Assembly (NCBI GenBank): GCA_028285585.1
Contig: JANQOU010000006.1
Coordinates: 593,881-657,880 of the forward strand
Length of the DNA: 64,000 nucleotides
DNA from: Acidimicrobiia bacterium
GTDB lineage: Bacteria > Actinomycetota > Acidimicrobiia > Spongiisociales > ZC4RG35
Direction of reading: 5' to 3'
Under the pieces are notes generated by a model that was not told where the DNA came from, searched no databases, and was given only the letters and a program-made list of their open reading frames with translations. The stretch's first letter is position 1. Each line of letters opens with the position of its first letter. The position numbers and the translations under genes were made by a program. Below are positions 19,972 through 29,498 of the stretch, piece by piece.

Positions 19972-20504
19972 CAGTTTCGAACACTCGTCTCGTAGACGAG
20001 CCTGACTGCGTCGCCCTGATAGTGCTCTGTCGTGACCAGCCGCATCGGCCCATCGTAAGGGTCGGTGAACAGAGGGACGCCGCTGCCCAACACTTCAGGC
20101 ATCACCATCAGGTCGAGGATGTCGATGGCGCCACCCGCCAATCCTTCTGAAATGACGAGGCCTCCGCCCATGACCCAGAGACGCTTCGGTGTCTCGGTCG
20201 AAAAGGAGCGGATGGCCTCGGGTGTCGGCATCGCCGCAAATCGAACATCGGCGCCGTTGGGTATCGGGAGGTCGTCCTGGCTGGTCAGCACCAAGGTGGG
20301 GAGGTCGCCCCAGACCCATCCGAAGCCCACGGCCTGGACGTAAGTCGCGCTGCCCATGACAAGCCCTCCGATGGTTTCCGAGAAGGCGTCGAAGTCGTAG
20401 TCGGCCACAGAGTGCTTCTCGAGGAAGCCGACTCCGCCATCGTCTTCGGCGATGTAGAGATCGAGGCTGACGGCTACCTGGGCGACTACTTCGTTGTCGG
20501 GCAT
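19971..20504 (-). CDS. Dihydrofolate reductase/RibD C-terminal family protein
   Basis: AVSLDLYIA, MGSATY, WVMGGG, LGSGVPLF. Confidence 0.85.
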   Translation of the reverse strand: MPDNEVVAQVAVSLDLYIAEDDGGVGFLEKHSVADYDFDAFSETIGGLVMGSATYVQAVGFGWVWGDLPTLVLTSQDDLPIPNGADVRFAAMPTPEAIRSFSTETPKRLWVMGGGLVISEGLAGGAIDILDLMVMPEVLGSGVPLFTDPYDGPMRLVTTEHYQGDAVRLVYETSVRN

Positions 20505-20532
20505 CAGCCGACGGTAGACCGGATGGCGTTTG

Positions 20533-21123
20533 CTACGACAGACGCCATGACTCGACTGCTCGAACCGCGGCGTCTGAGAGTTGGGTGATCTGTTCCTGGC
20601 TCGCCCCTCCTCGGATCGACACGAAGAGGCCGAGCAGCAGGAGGTAGCAGTGATTCGCCCGCTCTTCGATGTCTCCGTCGATCTCGCCGACCGCCGCGGC
20701 GTTCGTAAGTGCAGTTTCGAAAGCACCTTGGATCCGGGATCGATAGCGATCGGCTCGCTCGATGACTCCGGGGTCGGTCTCGCCCAACTCGACCGTGGCG
20801 TTGACCAGCAAGCACCCACGGGTGGCCATTTCGGGCATTCGCTCCCTGACGGTGACGAAGTCTTTGAACCATTGAATGATCGAATCGAGGCCCCCTGACT
20901 CGACCAGCGCCGCTCGCATCTCGATTTGGCCGTCCAGATACCAATCGATCGATCGATGCAGCATCTCGTTCTTTGGTCCGAAGGCGGCGTACAGGCTCGC
21001 TCTGGCCAACCCCGTTGCCTGCTCGAGGTCGGCTATTCCGGTGGCCTCGTAGCCGTCGGCCCAAAACCGGGCTGCGATCTGGGCGACCGCTTCGTCGGTG
21101 TCGAATTCTCTGGGCCTGGCCAT
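20533..21123 (-). CDS. TetR family regulator (ComR/NemR-like)
   Basis: MARPREFD, FWADGYEAT, SLYAAFG, GCLLVN. Confidence 0.9.
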   Translation of the reverse strand: MARPREFDTDEAVAQIAARFWADGYEATGIADLEQATGLARASLYAAFGPKNEMLHRSIDWYLDGQIEMRAALVESGGLDSIIQWFKDFVTVRERMPEMATRGCLLVNATVELGETDPGVIERADRYRSRIQGAFETALTNAAAVGEIDGDIEERANHCYLLLLGLFVSIRGGASQEQITQLSDAAVRAVESWRLS

Positions 21124-21134
21124 TCTGTCTTGAG

Positions 21135-21187
21135 TTCTTGACTGATCGGTAACTTATTGGCTATATTATGGACCGTACGGTAAAGAA
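21135..21187. promoter_or_regulatory. Divergent promoter with two TetR operator dyads
   Basis: TTGACTGATCGGTAA and TGGACCGTACGGTAA; TTGACT-N18-TATATT. Confidence 0.65.
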
Positions 21188-21197
21188 TGGAGCGAGA

Positions 21198-21656
21198 ATG
21201 TCAATACATGTCGAGGTCAAGACCGAGGTGAACGCACCCGCGAGCACGGTCTGGGAGGTACTGGACGACTTCGGGAACATCGCCAATTACACCGATCAGG
21301 TGAAGACCAGCGATCTTCAAGGTGCCGCCTTGACCGGAGTCGGGGCCACTCGGGTGTGTGAGCTTGCGCCCTTCGGCGCCACCAACGAGACAATTCGCGA
21401 ATACGTCCCGGGTGAGAAGATGGTGATCGAGCTCTACGACCTGAGCGGCATGCCGATCAACGGCACGATGTCGACTTTTGCGGTCAAGCCGTTGGGTGAC
21501 GACAGGTCTGAGTTGTCGTTCAGCTCGGAGGTAGAGCCAAAAGGCTGGATCGCCAAGGGATTCGTAGGAAGACGTCTCCAGTCGAGGCTCCCGGTCGGTG
21601 CGCAATCGATGCTTGAAGACCTGGCGCATGCCGCCGAAGCCAAGGTGCCCGCCTAG
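21198..21656 (+). CDS. SRPBCC/polyketide cyclase family protein
   Basis: VNAPASTVWEVLDDF, GVGATR. Confidence 0.85.
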   Translation: MSIHVEVKTEVNAPASTVWEVLDDFGNIANYTDQVKTSDLQGAALTGVGATRVCELAPFGATNETIREYVPGEKMVIELYDLSGMPINGTMSTFAVKPLGDDRSELSFSSEVEPKGWIAKGFVGRRLQSRLPVGAQSMLEDLAHAAEAKVPA

Positions 21657-21681
21657 GAGGGGTTTCCTCCCTATATGAGAC

Positions 21682-21709
21682 TTGACATATAGGATCTGTC
21701 CTATACAGT
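21682..21709 (+). promoter_or_regulatory. padR promoter with palindromic operator
   Basis: TTGACA-N16-TACAGT containing TATAGGA-TCTG-TCCTATA. Confidence 0.75.
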
Positions 21710-21718
21710 CAGGTCGCG

Positions 21719-22273
21719 ATGAGCCTGAAGCACGCCATTCTCGGCTTTCTGGCCGTGTCGCCGATGAGCGGCTACGACCTTCGAAAGCGCATGAGCGAGT
21801 CTGTGGCCCACTTCTGGCCGGCCGACCAGGCACAGATATACCGAACACTCAGTCAGCTGACGGAAGAGAAGCTGATCGAGGTCGAGGTCATCGAGCAGGA
21901 CAGCCGGCCCAACCGGCGGCTTCATCGGATTCTCCAGACCGGAGAGACGGAGCTCGATCGGTGGCTTGCTGAACCGCTGGCGTATCAGCCAGATCGGGAG
22001 CCCTTCCTGCTCAGGCTGTTCTTCGTCGGCCGCATCGGATTGGATCAGTCGATGAGGCTTCTCAAAGAGAGGGCTGCCGAGGCAGCCGAACTGGCGGAAG
22101 TCCTCGGCGCTATTCGAGGTCAGATCGAGGCAGAAGTGCCCATGGAGCATCTCGGCCTCGAGCAGACCCTTCGACTAGCCACCTTGGCCAACGGCATCAA
22201 GCACGCCGAAGCGGAGATCGAGTGGATCGATGACCTGCGACAACAACTGAAGGAGCGAAAATGGCCGACGTAG
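21719..22273 (+). CDS. PadR family regulator
   Basis: MSLKHAILG, SGYDL, HFW...QIYRTL. Confidence 0.9.
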   Translation: MSLKHAILGFLAVSPMSGYDLRKRMSESVAHFWPADQAQIYRTLSQLTEEKLIEVEVIEQDSRPNRRLHRILQTGETELDRWLAEPLAYQPDREPFLLRLFFVGRIGLDQSMRLLKERAAEAAELAEVLGAIRGQIEAEVPMEHLGLEQTLRLATLANGIKHAEAEIEWIDDLRQQLKERKWPT

Positions 22274-23121
22274 CGACTAAGCGGGATACGGCGGGCGGAA
22301 CTCCAGCCACCCGTCCGGCGCGATGGCGCAATATCTGGGTATTCGTCGCCGGCGTGATGCTTCTGGCAGCCCTCGGCGGTTGGGGAGTTGCTGCAACCAC
22401 CGGGGAGCCAAGCCAGCCATCGGCCGAGGAAAGCCCGTTCGGCCTGCTGTTCATCATCAGCCCGATCCTGGTGGCTTCGTTGCTCCGCTGGTTTGGCGGT
22501 GACGGTTGGCGAGACGTCGGCCTTCGCTTCCGGGGTGACGGGAACTGGTATCTGCTCTCCGTCCTGCTGTTCCCGCTGCTCTCGATCCTGGCGCTGGGTG
22601 TTGGGTCGGTGGCCGGCTCGGTCAGTTTCTCGGGCGATGCGGCGGAGCTGATCCTGTCCGGTGTCGCAGCAGCCCTGGTCGTGCGGATGGTCTTCGCCGC
22701 CTTTGAGGAGTTGGGGTGGAGGGGATACCTGGAGCCGCGACTGGAAGCTCTGGGGATGCCGGCAGCGCGGCGTCATCTCCTGGTTGGTGTGGTGTGGAGT
22801 GTGTGGCACGTCCCTTACGTCCTCGCTTTCGACACGCTGAGCAGCCTCTCCACCGGTGTCTACCTCCCGCTCTTCCTGCTCTCGGTGTTCCCGATGGCTG
22901 TGATCTATGGCGTGGTCCGATCCCAGACCGGGTCGGTCTGGCCCGCAGTCATCATGCACGGTGTCGCCAACGCGGTTGCGTTCCCACTCCTCACCTCAGG
23001 AGCGGTCGACGTGGAGAACGAGTTGCTGTTCGCGGCCCGGCCAGAGGGGTTGGTCATTCTGGCGGCGATTTGTGTCGTGGCCGCAGTGCTGTGGAGGCGC
23101 TACATCACACCGTTGCGTTGA
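22261..23121 (+). CDS. CPBP (CAAX/Abi) intramembrane metalloprotease
   Basis: EELGWRGYL, WSVWH, HGVAN. Confidence 0.88.
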   Translation: MADVATKRDTAGGTPATRPARWRNIWVFVAGVMLLAALGGWGVAATTGEPSQPSAEESPFGLLFIISPILVASLLRWFGGDGWRDVGLRFRGDGNWYLLSVLLFPLLSILALGVGSVAGSVSFSGDAAELILSGVAAALVVRMVFAAFEELGWRGYLEPRLEALGMPAARRHLLVGVVWSVWHVPYVLAFDTLSSLSTGVYLPLFLLSVFPMAVIYGVVRSQTGSVWPAVIMHGVANAVAFPLLTSGAVDVENELLFAARPEGLVILAAICVVAAVLWRRYITPLR

Positions 23122-23138
23122 AATCGGACCCGCTGCGT

Positions 23139-23933
23139 TCAACGGGGCACCAGGGCCAACTGACGTGATTGGGCGACGAGCTTCCCATCCTCGTCCCAGA
23201 TCTCAGAGTCCTCTTCGAGCATCCCGCCGCTCACGAACCGAGTGTTGAACACACATCTCATCCAACTCCTGGGTCTCGGGTCCCGGACATGAACCGTGAG
23301 ATCGAGAGTTGGCGTCCACTGCAAAGGGAGGTTGGCGTTGAAGACCGCGGGTGGGAAAGCGTCGGCTGCCACCACGGTGGCCAGGGCGTCGGGCTGCTCG
23401 TCCTCCAACAGCCTGAACCAGCCTCTCATCTGAGCCACCCCGGTGCCACCGTCAAACGCCGTAACGTCGTCCGGGTGCAAGGCCACCGCCACCTTGCCCA
23501 TGAAGGGAGGCGGCAGAGGGGCGTCCGGGTTGGGCACCGCTCGAACACATTGGTCGATGGGTGGCAGCTCAGGGGGTGCGCCTTGAACCCACTCCACCGG
23601 ATTGATCTCGCGATCCGCATCGGCAAAGGAGCCAGTCGCCGCCAAGAGGATCTTGTCGTCCTTGATCACTTCGGCCCGCAGGGTGCTGATCGCACGACCC
23701 ACCTTCACCTCGGTCAGCTCAATTGTGATCGGGCCGGGCGATCCCGGGTTGGTGAAGTGGCCGGAGATCGAAACCAGGTCGCGGCCGGCGGTCGCTTCCG
23801 CCATGGCTCGGGCGGCGATTGCCATCACGTAGCCGCCGTTGGAGACACCGAAGATGTCCCAGCCGGACTGGATCTCGCCGGCATAGGTGCTGTCGGAAAG
23901 TCGTGCGACGCTGGTTGCCTCGGCGAAGCTCAA
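23139..23933 (-). CDS. TesB-like thioesterase family protein
   Basis: NGGY, DAFPP, PTLDLTVH, AQSRQLA; start coupled to the purM stop. Confidence 0.85.
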   Translation of the reverse strand: MSFAEATSVARLSDSTYAGEIQSGWDIFGVSNGGYVMAIAARAMAEATAGRDLVSISGHFTNPGSPGPITIELTEVKVGRAISTLRAEVIKDDKILLAATGSFADADREINPVEWVQGAPPELPPIDQCVRAVPNPDAPLPPPFMGKVAVALHPDDVTAFDGGTGVAQMRGWFRLLEDEQPDALATVVAADAFPPAVFNANLPLQWTPTLDLTVHVRDPRPRSWMRCVFNTRFVSGGMLEEDSEIWDEDGKLVAQSRQLALVPR

Positions 23934-24904
23934 CCCAGGCTGACCCCAGGTTGTGTCGTGATCGATCCGATCACTGCCGGCTTGTGGTTTTGAACCACCC
24001 TGGTGATGTCATCGGCCGCTCCCGGATCGACCACAAGGCAGAACCCGATGCCCATGTTGAACGTCGACCACATCTCGTCGGCCGGCACTCCTTGTGTCTC
24101 GATCAGAGAGAAGACCTCGGGGCGATCCCATGCCGTCGTGTCGACTTGCGCTCCCAGGCCTTCCGGCAGCGCCCGTTGCAGGTTCTCGGCGAGCCCTCCT
24201 CCGGTGATGTGCGCGGCGCTCTTGACCCCGCGAGTGAAGATTGCTTTGGCTACATCCGGCGCATAGATCACGGACGGCTCGAGCAGAGTCTCGGCGTGGT
24301 CGTCGACCTGGTCACCAAACACCGCCCTGATCAGCGAGAACCCGTTGGATCGGACGTTCGGGGAGTGCAGTCCCAGCACGAGATCGCCAGGCCTCACCTG
24401 TCCTGGGTCCAGGTGCGACCCATGTTCGAGCACCCCCATGGCTGCCCCGGCCAGGTCCACAGCATCGGCGTCCATCACCCCGGGGTGCTCGGCAGTCTCG
24501 CCCCCGAGCAGAGGGCATCCGGCGAGAGTGCACCCGGCGGCGATCGAGGCGACGATCCCGCTGTCCCGCTCAGGGTCGAGGGCACCCACCGCCATGTAGT
24601 CGACAAAACCCAGTGGCTCGGCCCCCGCTGCTGCCAGGTCGTCGACGCACATAGCGACCAAATCGTGGCCGACGCCTGACCAGATCCCAGATCTTCTCGC
24701 AAGCTCCAGCTTGGTGCCGACACCGTCGGTCGACATCATCAGAACGGGTCTCTCGTATCGATCCGGGATCTCGACCCCGGCTGCGAATCCGCCGAACGCG
24801 CCGACCACCTGGTTGCTCCAGGTGGAGGTGACAGTCGAGGCGATGCTCTCCACATGTCGGGTGGCACCGGCCAGGTCGACCCCGGCTTGCTCGTAGGTGG
24901 TCAT
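23930..24904 (-). CDS. purM: Phosphoribosylformylglycinamidine cyclo-ligase (AIR synthetase)
   Basis: YEQAGVD, STDGVGTK, GGETAEHPG, HITGGG, FNMGIG. Confidence 0.95.
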   Translation of the reverse strand: MTTYEQAGVDLAGATRHVESIASTVTSTWSNQVVGAFGGFAAGVEIPDRYERPVLMMSTDGVGTKLELARRSGIWSGVGHDLVAMCVDDLAAAGAEPLGFVDYMAVGALDPERDSGIVASIAAGCTLAGCPLLGGETAEHPGVMDADAVDLAGAAMGVLEHGSHLDPGQVRPGDLVLGLHSPNVRSNGFSLIRAVFGDQVDDHAETLLEPSVIYAPDVAKAIFTRGVKSAAHITGGGLAENLQRALPEGLGAQVDTTAWDRPEVFSLIETQGVPADEMWSTFNMGIGFCLVVDPGAADDITRVVQNHKPAVIGSITTQPGVSLG

Positions 24905-26331
24905 GACCGCTCGAGCTGGAATTTGTCTGCGCTCTCAGGCACCTCGGTTGGATAGTCGCCAGAGAGACATGCGGTGCAGAACCCGGCATCCGACACACCC
25001 GTAGCCGAGAGCAGCCCATCGAGAGACAGATAGCCGAGGGAGTCGGCGCCAATGTGGTCGCGTATCTCGTCGACACCCATTTGCGCAGCGATCAGGGTGG
25101 ATCTGTCCGAAGTGTCCATCCCGTAGAAGCAAGGCCATTGGTAAGGCGGGGACGAGACCCGCACATGCACCTCTGCCGCTCCGGCATCGCGCACCATCGT
25201 GACGAGCTGTCTCGTGGTTGAGCCGCGGACTATCGAATCGTCGACCAACACCACTCGTTTCCCGGTGAGTGTTTCGGGAATCGGGTTCAACTTGAGCTGA
25301 ATCCCCTGGTCTCGGAGCATCTGCGTCGGTTCGATGAAAGTGCGGCCTACGTAGCGGTTCTTGACCAGGCCGTCGGCGTAAGGGATCCCACTGGCGGCGG
25401 CGAATCCTTGGGCTGCCGGGATGCCCGACTCGGGGACCGGGACTATCACATCGGCTGGCGCAGGGTGCTCCTCTGACAGGATCCGGCCCATCTCGGTGCG
25501 AGCCGCGTGGATGCTCCTGCCGTACATCTGTGAGTCGGGGCGGGCGAAGTAGACGAACTCGAACACGCACAGTCCCGGGTCGACTCGCTCGAAGGGGTAG
25601 TAGCTGTTGATCCCGTTGGCGTCGATGACGATCATCTCTCCTGCCGCCACCTCGCGGACGAACTTGGCACCAACCAGGTCGAGAGCAGCGGTCTCGGAGC
25701 TGAGCACCCAGCCCCCGTCGCTCAACGAGCCCAAGCACAGCGGGCGGAACCCGTTGGGGTCGCGAAGGCCGACGATGCGGCCCTGATCCATGATGACCAG
25801 GGAGAAGGCGCCCTTCCAGGTCGGAGCGACTTCCATCACTGCCATCTCCAGGCCGCGGGCGTCGGAGCGCTCGTCGTTGACCGCTCTGGCGATGCCCTCC
25901 GCCATCAGGTCGGAGTCGGTGGTGGCTCCTGATACACCCAGCGCCTCAGCCAGCTCGGCGGTGTTGGTCAGGTTTCCGTTGTGGCCGAGGGCGACGCTGG
26001 TGTTGCCCACCTGGCGATGGGCAGGCTGGGCGTTGTCCCAGTTGTTCGAGCCCATCGTCGAGTAGCGGGCGTGGCCGATGCCGAGGTGGCCGTCGAGGCC
26101 GGCGAGCGCGGGCTCGTCGAACACCTGAGCGACGAGACCGAGGTCTTTGAACACAGTGACCGTCTCGCCGTCGGATGTCGCGATGCCGGCGGACTCCTGC
26201 CCTCGATGCTGCAGGGCGAAGAGGCCGAAGTAGATGAGGTGGGAGATGCGCTGCGTTGCCGAGTAGACGGCGAACACCCCACATGCCTCGCGTGGGCCAG
26301 AGTCGATCGTTGTACAGGCCTCCTGGGGCAC
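24901..26331 (-). CDS. purF: Amidophosphoribosyltransferase
   Basis: REACGVF, LQHRGQESAG, VDDSIVRGST, Fe-S Cys residues; GTG start follows a TACGAT -10. Confidence 0.95.
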   Translation of the reverse strand: MPQEACTTIDSGPREACGVFAVYSATQRISHLIYFGLFALQHRGQESAGIATSDGETVTVFKDLGLVAQVFDEPALAGLDGHLGIGHARYSTMGSNNWDNAQPAHRQVGNTSVALGHNGNLTNTAELAEALGVSGATTDSDLMAEGIARAVNDERSDARGLEMAVMEVAPTWKGAFSLVIMDQGRIVGLRDPNGFRPLCLGSLSDGGWVLSSETAALDLVGAKFVREVAAGEMIVIDANGINSYYPFERVDPGLCVFEFVYFARPDSQMYGRSIHAARTEMGRILSEEHPAPADVIVPVPESGIPAAQGFAAASGIPYADGLVKNRYVGRTFIEPTQMLRDQGIQLKLNPIPETLTGKRVVLVDDSIVRGSTTRQLVTMVRDAGAAEVHVRVSSPPYQWPCFYGMDTSDRSTLIAAQMGVDEIRDHIGADSLGYLSLDGLLSATGVSDAGFCTACLSGDYPTEVPESADKFQLERS

Positions 26332-26352
26332 GACTCCATCGTAGGAGGCTCC

Positions 26353-26378
26353 TGTCGAATGTCCGTGTTCACGTCGTC
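26353..26378 (+). promoter_or_regulatory. Putative ECF42-type autoregulatory promoter
   Basis: TGTCGA-N16-CGTC upstream of the sigma gene. Confidence 0.5.
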
Positions 26379-26481
26379 GCTGATTCGAGAAGATTTTGCG
26401 ACGCGACGCCGTCATGTCCCAGCCGTGCTCGAATCTGTCGCCACTCTGAGGTAAACCGAATAGCACAATCAGCAATCTCAG

Positions 26482-27750
26482 ATGATCGACGCCCATTCCT
26501 CAGAAGCGATTGAAACCTCCTTCCGCGAGTCCTACTCGCTGGTGGTGTCATCGCTGTCCCGGCAGATAAGGGACATCGATCTCGCCGAGGAGGCGATTCA
26601 AGATGCGTACGCCGAGGCTTTGCGCAGCTGGCCCGAGACCGGAGTCCCCGCCAACCCTGGCGGCTGGATCGCCACTGTCGCCAGACGCCGGGCAATCGAC
26701 CGGATAAGACGCCAGCAGGTCTATGCGCGCAAGAAGGAGCTGATCGCCTCACTGGAGAAGGTGGAATTCGACCGTCCGGAGTCTCTTGCCGTCGCAGACG
26801 ACCGCTTGCAGATGGTCTTCGCCTGTTGTCACCCGTCGCTCGACCAGAGCAAGCAGGTCGCTCTCACGTTGAGGACTTTGGGCGGGCTGACCACTCGGGA
26901 GATAGCCGACGCCTATCTGGTCAGTGAGCCGACGATGGCGCAGCGTCTGGTGCGGGCGAAGTCGAAGATCCGGGACGCCGGCATCCCTTTCAGTGTTCCG
27001 GAGCCGGCCGAGCTCGCGGGGAAGCTCGAGGCGGTGCTGGCCGTCGTGTACCTGATCTTCAACGAGGGCTACTTCGCCACTTCGGGCGAGTCGCTGACCA
27101 GAGACGAGCTGACCGAGTCTGCTCTGGACCTGGGCCGGCTTCTCAACGAGCTGTTGCCCGACAACGCGGAGATACTCGGGTTGCTGGCGCTGATGCTCCT
27201 CCAGGATGCGCGCCGCGGGGCGCGTGCCGACAGCTCAGGTGACGTCGTGCTGCTTCAAGATCAGGACCGCTCACTCTGGGACCCCGTCAAGATCGAGGAA
27301 GGTCTGGCGTTGGTGGACAAGGCGGCTGGGCTGGGCTCGGTCGGCCAGTACTACCTACAGGCTTCTATTGCCACCGAGCACTGTCGTGCGGCGAGGTGGG
27401 AGGAGACGGATTGGAGGACGATCGTGGCTCGCTACGACAGGCTGCTTCCGCTCACCCGATCTCCTGTGGTTGCACTGAATCGAGCCGTTGCCGTCGGTCA
27501 GGCTTTTGGCATCGAGACGGGCCTGCACGCATTGCGAGGGCTCGAGACCGAGCTGGACGGCTATCACCCGTTCCATGCGTCGCGCGCAGAGCTTTTGAGA
27601 CGGGCAGGTCGGAACGTTGAGGCGAGGGCCGAGTTCCGTCGTGCTCTCGATCTGGCGTCGAACACCGCAGAGCGGAGGCTCATGGAGAGGCGTCTTGCCG
27701 ACCTGGGAGATTCACCCGAAGCTGTAGCGGTCGATCAGCCCGAGGTGTAG
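26482..27750 (+). CDS. ECF sigma factor with C-terminal extension (ECF42/DUF6596-type)
   Basis: [56 protein letters not shown]. Confidence 0.9.
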   Translation: MIDAHSSEAIETSFRESYSLVVSSLSRQIRDIDLAEEAIQDAYAEALRSWPETGVPANPGGWIATVARRRAIDRIRRQQVYARKKELIASLEKVEFDRPESLAVADDRLQMVFACCHPSLDQSKQVALTLRTLGGLTTREIADAYLVSEPTMAQRLVRAKSKIRDAGIPFSVPEPAELAGKLEAVLAVVYLIFNEGYFATSGESLTRDELTESALDLGRLLNELLPDNAEILGLLALMLLQDARRGARADSSGDVVLLQDQDRSLWDPVKIEEGLALVDKAAGLGSVGQYYLQASIATEHCRAARWEETDWRTIVARYDRLLPLTRSPVVALNRAVAVGQAFGIETGLHALRGLETELDGYHPFHASRAELLRRAGRNVEARAEFRRALDLASNTAERRLMERRLADLGDSPEAVAVDQPEV

Positions 27751-28310
27751 TGGACTATCCCCTCTGCGAGGGCGTCTTGATCGTCTGCCGAGAACCAGCT
27801 CCGCCCGTCTTCTCCCCAGCCACGCCACTGCTCGGGGCTCACGGCAAGGAACGAGACTCGGTCGAGGAGGCTCTGCATCGAGCCACCGTTGGTCGCCTCT
27901 TCCGTTGCGGCAGCCGCGATGCTCTTGGGGTAGACAGCGCACGTGACCTGTCTCACCCCATGCTCGTCAACAGGCACCACCGGCAGATCTGAGGTCAGGC
28001 CAACAAGCTGTCGCAGCGTGTCGGTGGTCACGAACGGATGGTCAACCGCGACGAGAAGCATCTGATCGCATGTGGTGCGGTTGAGCGCTGTGGCCAGCCC
28101 GGCGAGGGGACCCTCTGCATGGACGCTGTCTGGCCAGCACTCCCACCCGTCGCGGTCGGGCCCGAGGACGATGAGGTGGTCGACCACTGGCTCCACGGCC
28201 CTTGCCACGCTCTCCAGCATTGTTGCGTCGCCCACCAGGACGTCGGCTTTGTCCTGGCCCATGCGGGACGATCGTCCGCCGGCGAGAACGGCACCTAGAA
28301 CCTGGCTCAC
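27735..28310 (-). CDS. mobA: Molybdenum cofactor guanylyltransferase
   Basis: [24 protein letters not shown]. Confidence 0.85.
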   Translation of the reverse strand: MSQVLGAVLAGGRSSRMGQDKADVLVGDATMLESVARAVEPVVDHLIVLGPDRDGWECWPDSVHAEGPLAGLATALNRTTCDQMLLVAVDHPFVTTDTLRQLVGLTSDLPVVPVDEHGVRQVTCAVYPKSIAAAATEEATNGGSMQSLLDRVSFLAVSPEQWRGWGEDGRSWFSADDQDALAEGIVHYTSG

Positions 28311-28346
28311 ATCGACAAGGCTAGGTCGCGATGCCCGAGGGCGGGC

Positions 28347-29468
28347 TCAGTCGCCGAGGGCAATCCCCAACTCGCGGGCAGCTCTCACCCAGACATGGTC
28401 CACCGGCACCGACTTGGTGATGCCGGCGACTTTCTTGAGCGGGACTGGCTCGGTCTCCTCTCCCCGAGAGGCGACCATCACTCCGTGGATCCCTTCGGCG
28501 ATGTAATTGGTGGCGGCCGCGCCGAGCCGGGTGGCCAGCAGCCGGTCCGCTGCGGTGGGTGTGCCACCCCGCTGTACATGCCCGAGGATGGTGATCCGGG
28601 ATTCGAGCCCGGTGAGCCCGGCTAGTGTCGAGGCGAGCTGGCTGGTCCCGCCGACCCGGGTCTTGTCGAACTCCTTCAACTTCTTCTTCAGCTCTTTTCG
28701 CTGGCGGCCCTGGGAGTTGCCGATGTGCTCCACCATGGACTGCCGAATCGAAGCGTCGTCTTTCGAGATCGCCCCTTCGGCGACGGCAACGATGGAGAAG
28801 CTGCTTCCACCGTCGCGGCGGGCCGAGATGGAGGAGGCGACTGCCTCCACGTCGTAAGGGATCTCCGGGATGAGGATCACGTCCGCTCCGCCGGCAAGGC
28901 CTGCGCCCAGTGCCAGCCAGCCGACGTCGTGACCCATCAGCTCGACAACCATGATCCGGTGGTGTGAGTGAGCTGTTGAGTGCAGCCTGTCGATCGCGTC
29001 GGTGGCGATCGTCACCGCGGTGTCGAACCCGAAGGTGACGTCGGTGCCGGAGACGTCGTTGTCGATGGTCTTGGGCAAGGCAATCACCGGGATCCCGGCG
29101 TCTTCGAGCTTGAGCCCGTTTCGCATCGTCCCGTCACCACCCAGGCAGACCAACGCCTCCAGCTCGTGTTGTTCCACGACTTCCCTCATCAAGGGGCGCA
29201 TGTCGCGGATCGACCCGTCACCCATGTCCATCTTGTCGACCTTGGCGCGGCTGGTCCCGAGAACCGTCCCGCCTCTGGTGAGGATCCCGGAGAGGTCTTC
29301 AGACTCCAGCTCCACGAACCTGTTCTGCATCAGGCCTTGAAACCCGTCGAGAAACCCGAGAACTCTCATCGAGTGCGCCCGTTGTGCCGACTTGCCTACG
29401 GCCCTGATCGCCGCATTGAGACCGGGGCTGTCGCCGCCCGCGGTGAGAATTCCGATCGTTCGCTTCAC
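28347..29468 (-). CDS. pfkA: 6-phosphofructokinase
   Basis: [29 protein letters not shown]. Confidence 0.92.
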   Translation of the reverse strand: MKRTIGILTAGGDSPGLNAAIRAVGKSAQRAHSMRVLGFLDGFQGLMQNRFVELESEDLSGILTRGGTVLGTSRAKVDKMDMGDGSIRDMRPLMREVVEQHELEALVCLGGDGTMRNGLKLEDAGIPVIALPKTIDNDVSGTDVTFGFDTAVTIATDAIDRLHSTAHSHHRIMVVELMGHDVGWLALGAGLAGGADVILIPEIPYDVEAVASSISARRDGGSSFSIVAVAEGAISKDDASIRQSMVEHIGNSQGRQRKELKKKLKEFDKTRVGGTSQLASTLAGLTGLESRITILGHVQRGGTPTAADRLLATRLGAAATNYIAEGIHGVMVASRGEETEPVPLKKVAGITKSVPVDHVWVRAARELGIALGD

Positions 29469-29498
29469 AGTCCGATGGTATCCCGCTCGATCGGGGCT

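Noticed and set aside
26332..26496. Long N-terminal extensions of purF (also purC, purA, purQ, copA, DHFR, MFS, hyuB, glcD) in the ORF track
   Set aside because: Downstream starts are supported by -10 boxes or stop-start coupling and by family N-termini
27735..27750. Short convergent 3' overlaps (also 9344-9363, 37597-37604, 41962-41965, 57069-57072)
   Set aside because: Ordinary for a compact genome
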